Assembly (NCBI GenBank): GCA_039029535.1
Contig: JBCCFW010000201.1
Coordinates: 1 to 13,132 of the forward strand
DNA from: Acidobacteriota bacterium
GTDB taxonomy: Bacteria > Acidobacteriota > JBCCFW01
DNA: 13,132 nt
Direction of reading: 5' to 3'
Shown: positions 12,783 to 13,132 of the stretch, piece after piece
Layout: each line of letters opens with the position of its first letter
How positions within the stretch are numbered: the stretch's first letter is position 1
The notes under the pieces: generated by a model
Databases searched by the model: none
What the model was told of the DNA's origin: nothing
What the model saw: the letters and a program-made list of their open reading frames with translations, nothing else
Translations under genes and position numbers: made by a program

Positions 12783-12845
12783 GAGCTCTAGAGGCGCATT
12801 TTCGTTGATTGCTTTAGCAGCAAGAAGCGCTTCAGCCGAGCTCCC
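12783..12845. promoter_or_regulatory. Structured AT-rich element between the helicase stop and the sigma-factor promoter. It may be a helicase terminator and/or an operator.
   Basis: Arms GGAGCTC and GAGCTCC are separated by 49 nt. They enclose a perfect 10-bp palindrome GAAGCGCTTC and the hairpin TTGCT-ttagc-AGCAA. Confidence 0.3.
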
Positions 12846-12860
12846 AGGGCGTGCGGTCGG

Positions 12861-13132
12861 TCACTTCCGACGCACGACGACCAGCTCGCCATGGCGGGAG
12901 TGCGTCTCCCCTCGCTCTCGTCCCGCCGCGAGGTCGGGCCACCCTCCTCGCCGACGTGCCAGCAGCTCCGCCAGGCCCCGCACCGGTCGGTCCTCCGCTG
13001 CCTTCCGGGCGAGGTCGGCCGGGAAGGCCCCCGAGAGCACCAGCCGCCGTCGCGCACGGGTCAACGCCACGTAGAGCAAGCGCGCTCGCTCCGCCGCATC
13101 GGTGCGGGCCTGCTGCCGCCGGGCCACCGCCA
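12861..13132 (-). CDS. C-terminal end of a superfamily-1 DNA helicase (UvrD/Rep/RecB/RecD-like). The gene continues beyond the right edge of the window.
   Basis: The frame is open from the window edge to TGA at 12861-12863. It contains the hallmark C-terminal motif LLYVALTRARRRLVL of UvrD-type helicase C-terminal domains. Confidence 0.55.
   Translation of the reverse strand, partial: AVARRQQARTDAAERARLLYVALTRARRRLVLSGAFPADLARKAAEDRPVRGLAELLARRRGGWPDLAAGRERGETHSRHGELVVVRRK

Noticed and set aside
12783-12800. Adjacent SacI (GAGCTC) and XbaI (TCTAGA) sites that look like a cloning polylinker.
   Set aside because: It is only 12 nt with no further vector hallmarks. It forms one arm of a native inverted repeat, so it is most likely a chance occurrence.
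12433-13074. A 213-aa plus-strand ORF starting in the sigma-factor region and crossing the AT-rich island, including an internal Cys-rich stretch MPQQHECQCSIAFWTTKC that I briefly considered as a RiPP-like precursor.
   Set aside because: It has no RBS and no stop until it has run antisense through the helicase 3' end. The AT-rich stretch is better explained as a terminator and promoter. The Cys residues are incidental.
1-13132. CRISPR arrays, integrase/transposase genes or insertion-sequence inverted repeats.
   Set aside because: I saw no regularly spaced short repeats, no recombinase-like translations and no terminal inverted repeats flanking any block. The only repeats are the two 49-bp copies at 9375..9530.

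Overview
The window is high-GC DNA (about two-thirds or more G+C by eye; no cloning-vector hallmarks) with ten protein-coding genes, two of them cut by the window edges, one tRNA and one candidate small gene. Long open frames lying antisense to, or out of frame with, these genes are codon-aligned shadows of high-GC coding DNA, not genes. Coordinates below are anchored to the ORF track; motif positions I located by eye carry about 2 nt of uncertainty.

Plus strand, left to right:
- 2..901: the C-terminal two-thirds of a Xaa-Pro aminopeptidase (M24B).
- 921..1907: an NAD-dependent epimerase/dehydratase of the SDR family.
- 1939..2712: a membrane-anchored ABHD13/17-like alpha/beta serine hydrolase.
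- 11048..11809: a TauE/SafE (TSUP) permease.

Minus strand, right to left:
- 12861..13132: the C-terminal end of an SF1 helicase (UvrD/RecB/RecD-type), running off the right edge.
- 11654..12538: a compact sigma-70 family sigma factor, reached through an AT-rich promoter island.
- 9560..10960: asparaginyl-tRNA synthetase (asnS).
- 5129..9139: a 1337-aa secreted multidomain protein. It has a signal peptide, beta-propeller-type repeats, EF-hand/dockerin-like and cysteine-rich Ca-binding repeats, a di-heme cytochrome c peroxidase/MauG-like core with two CxxCH motifs, and an uncharacterised C-terminal domain.
- 4742..4906: a candidate 54-aa gene with its own promoter, Shine-Dalgarno sequence and terminator.
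- 4268..4343: a tRNA-Phe(GAA)-like gene with an imperfect acceptor stem.
- 2056..4029: an SPFH/band-7 (slipin-like) protein. Its frame lacks a stop codon until it has run through a minus-strand intrinsic terminator and deep into the antisense of the hydrolase gene.

The most unusual content is the giant heme/Ca protein together with its upstream 49-bp direct repeats and 13-bp palindrome, and the neighbouring small gene that is rich in metal-ligand residues. I could not show that these form a coherent new system. No CRISPR array or obvious mobile element is present.
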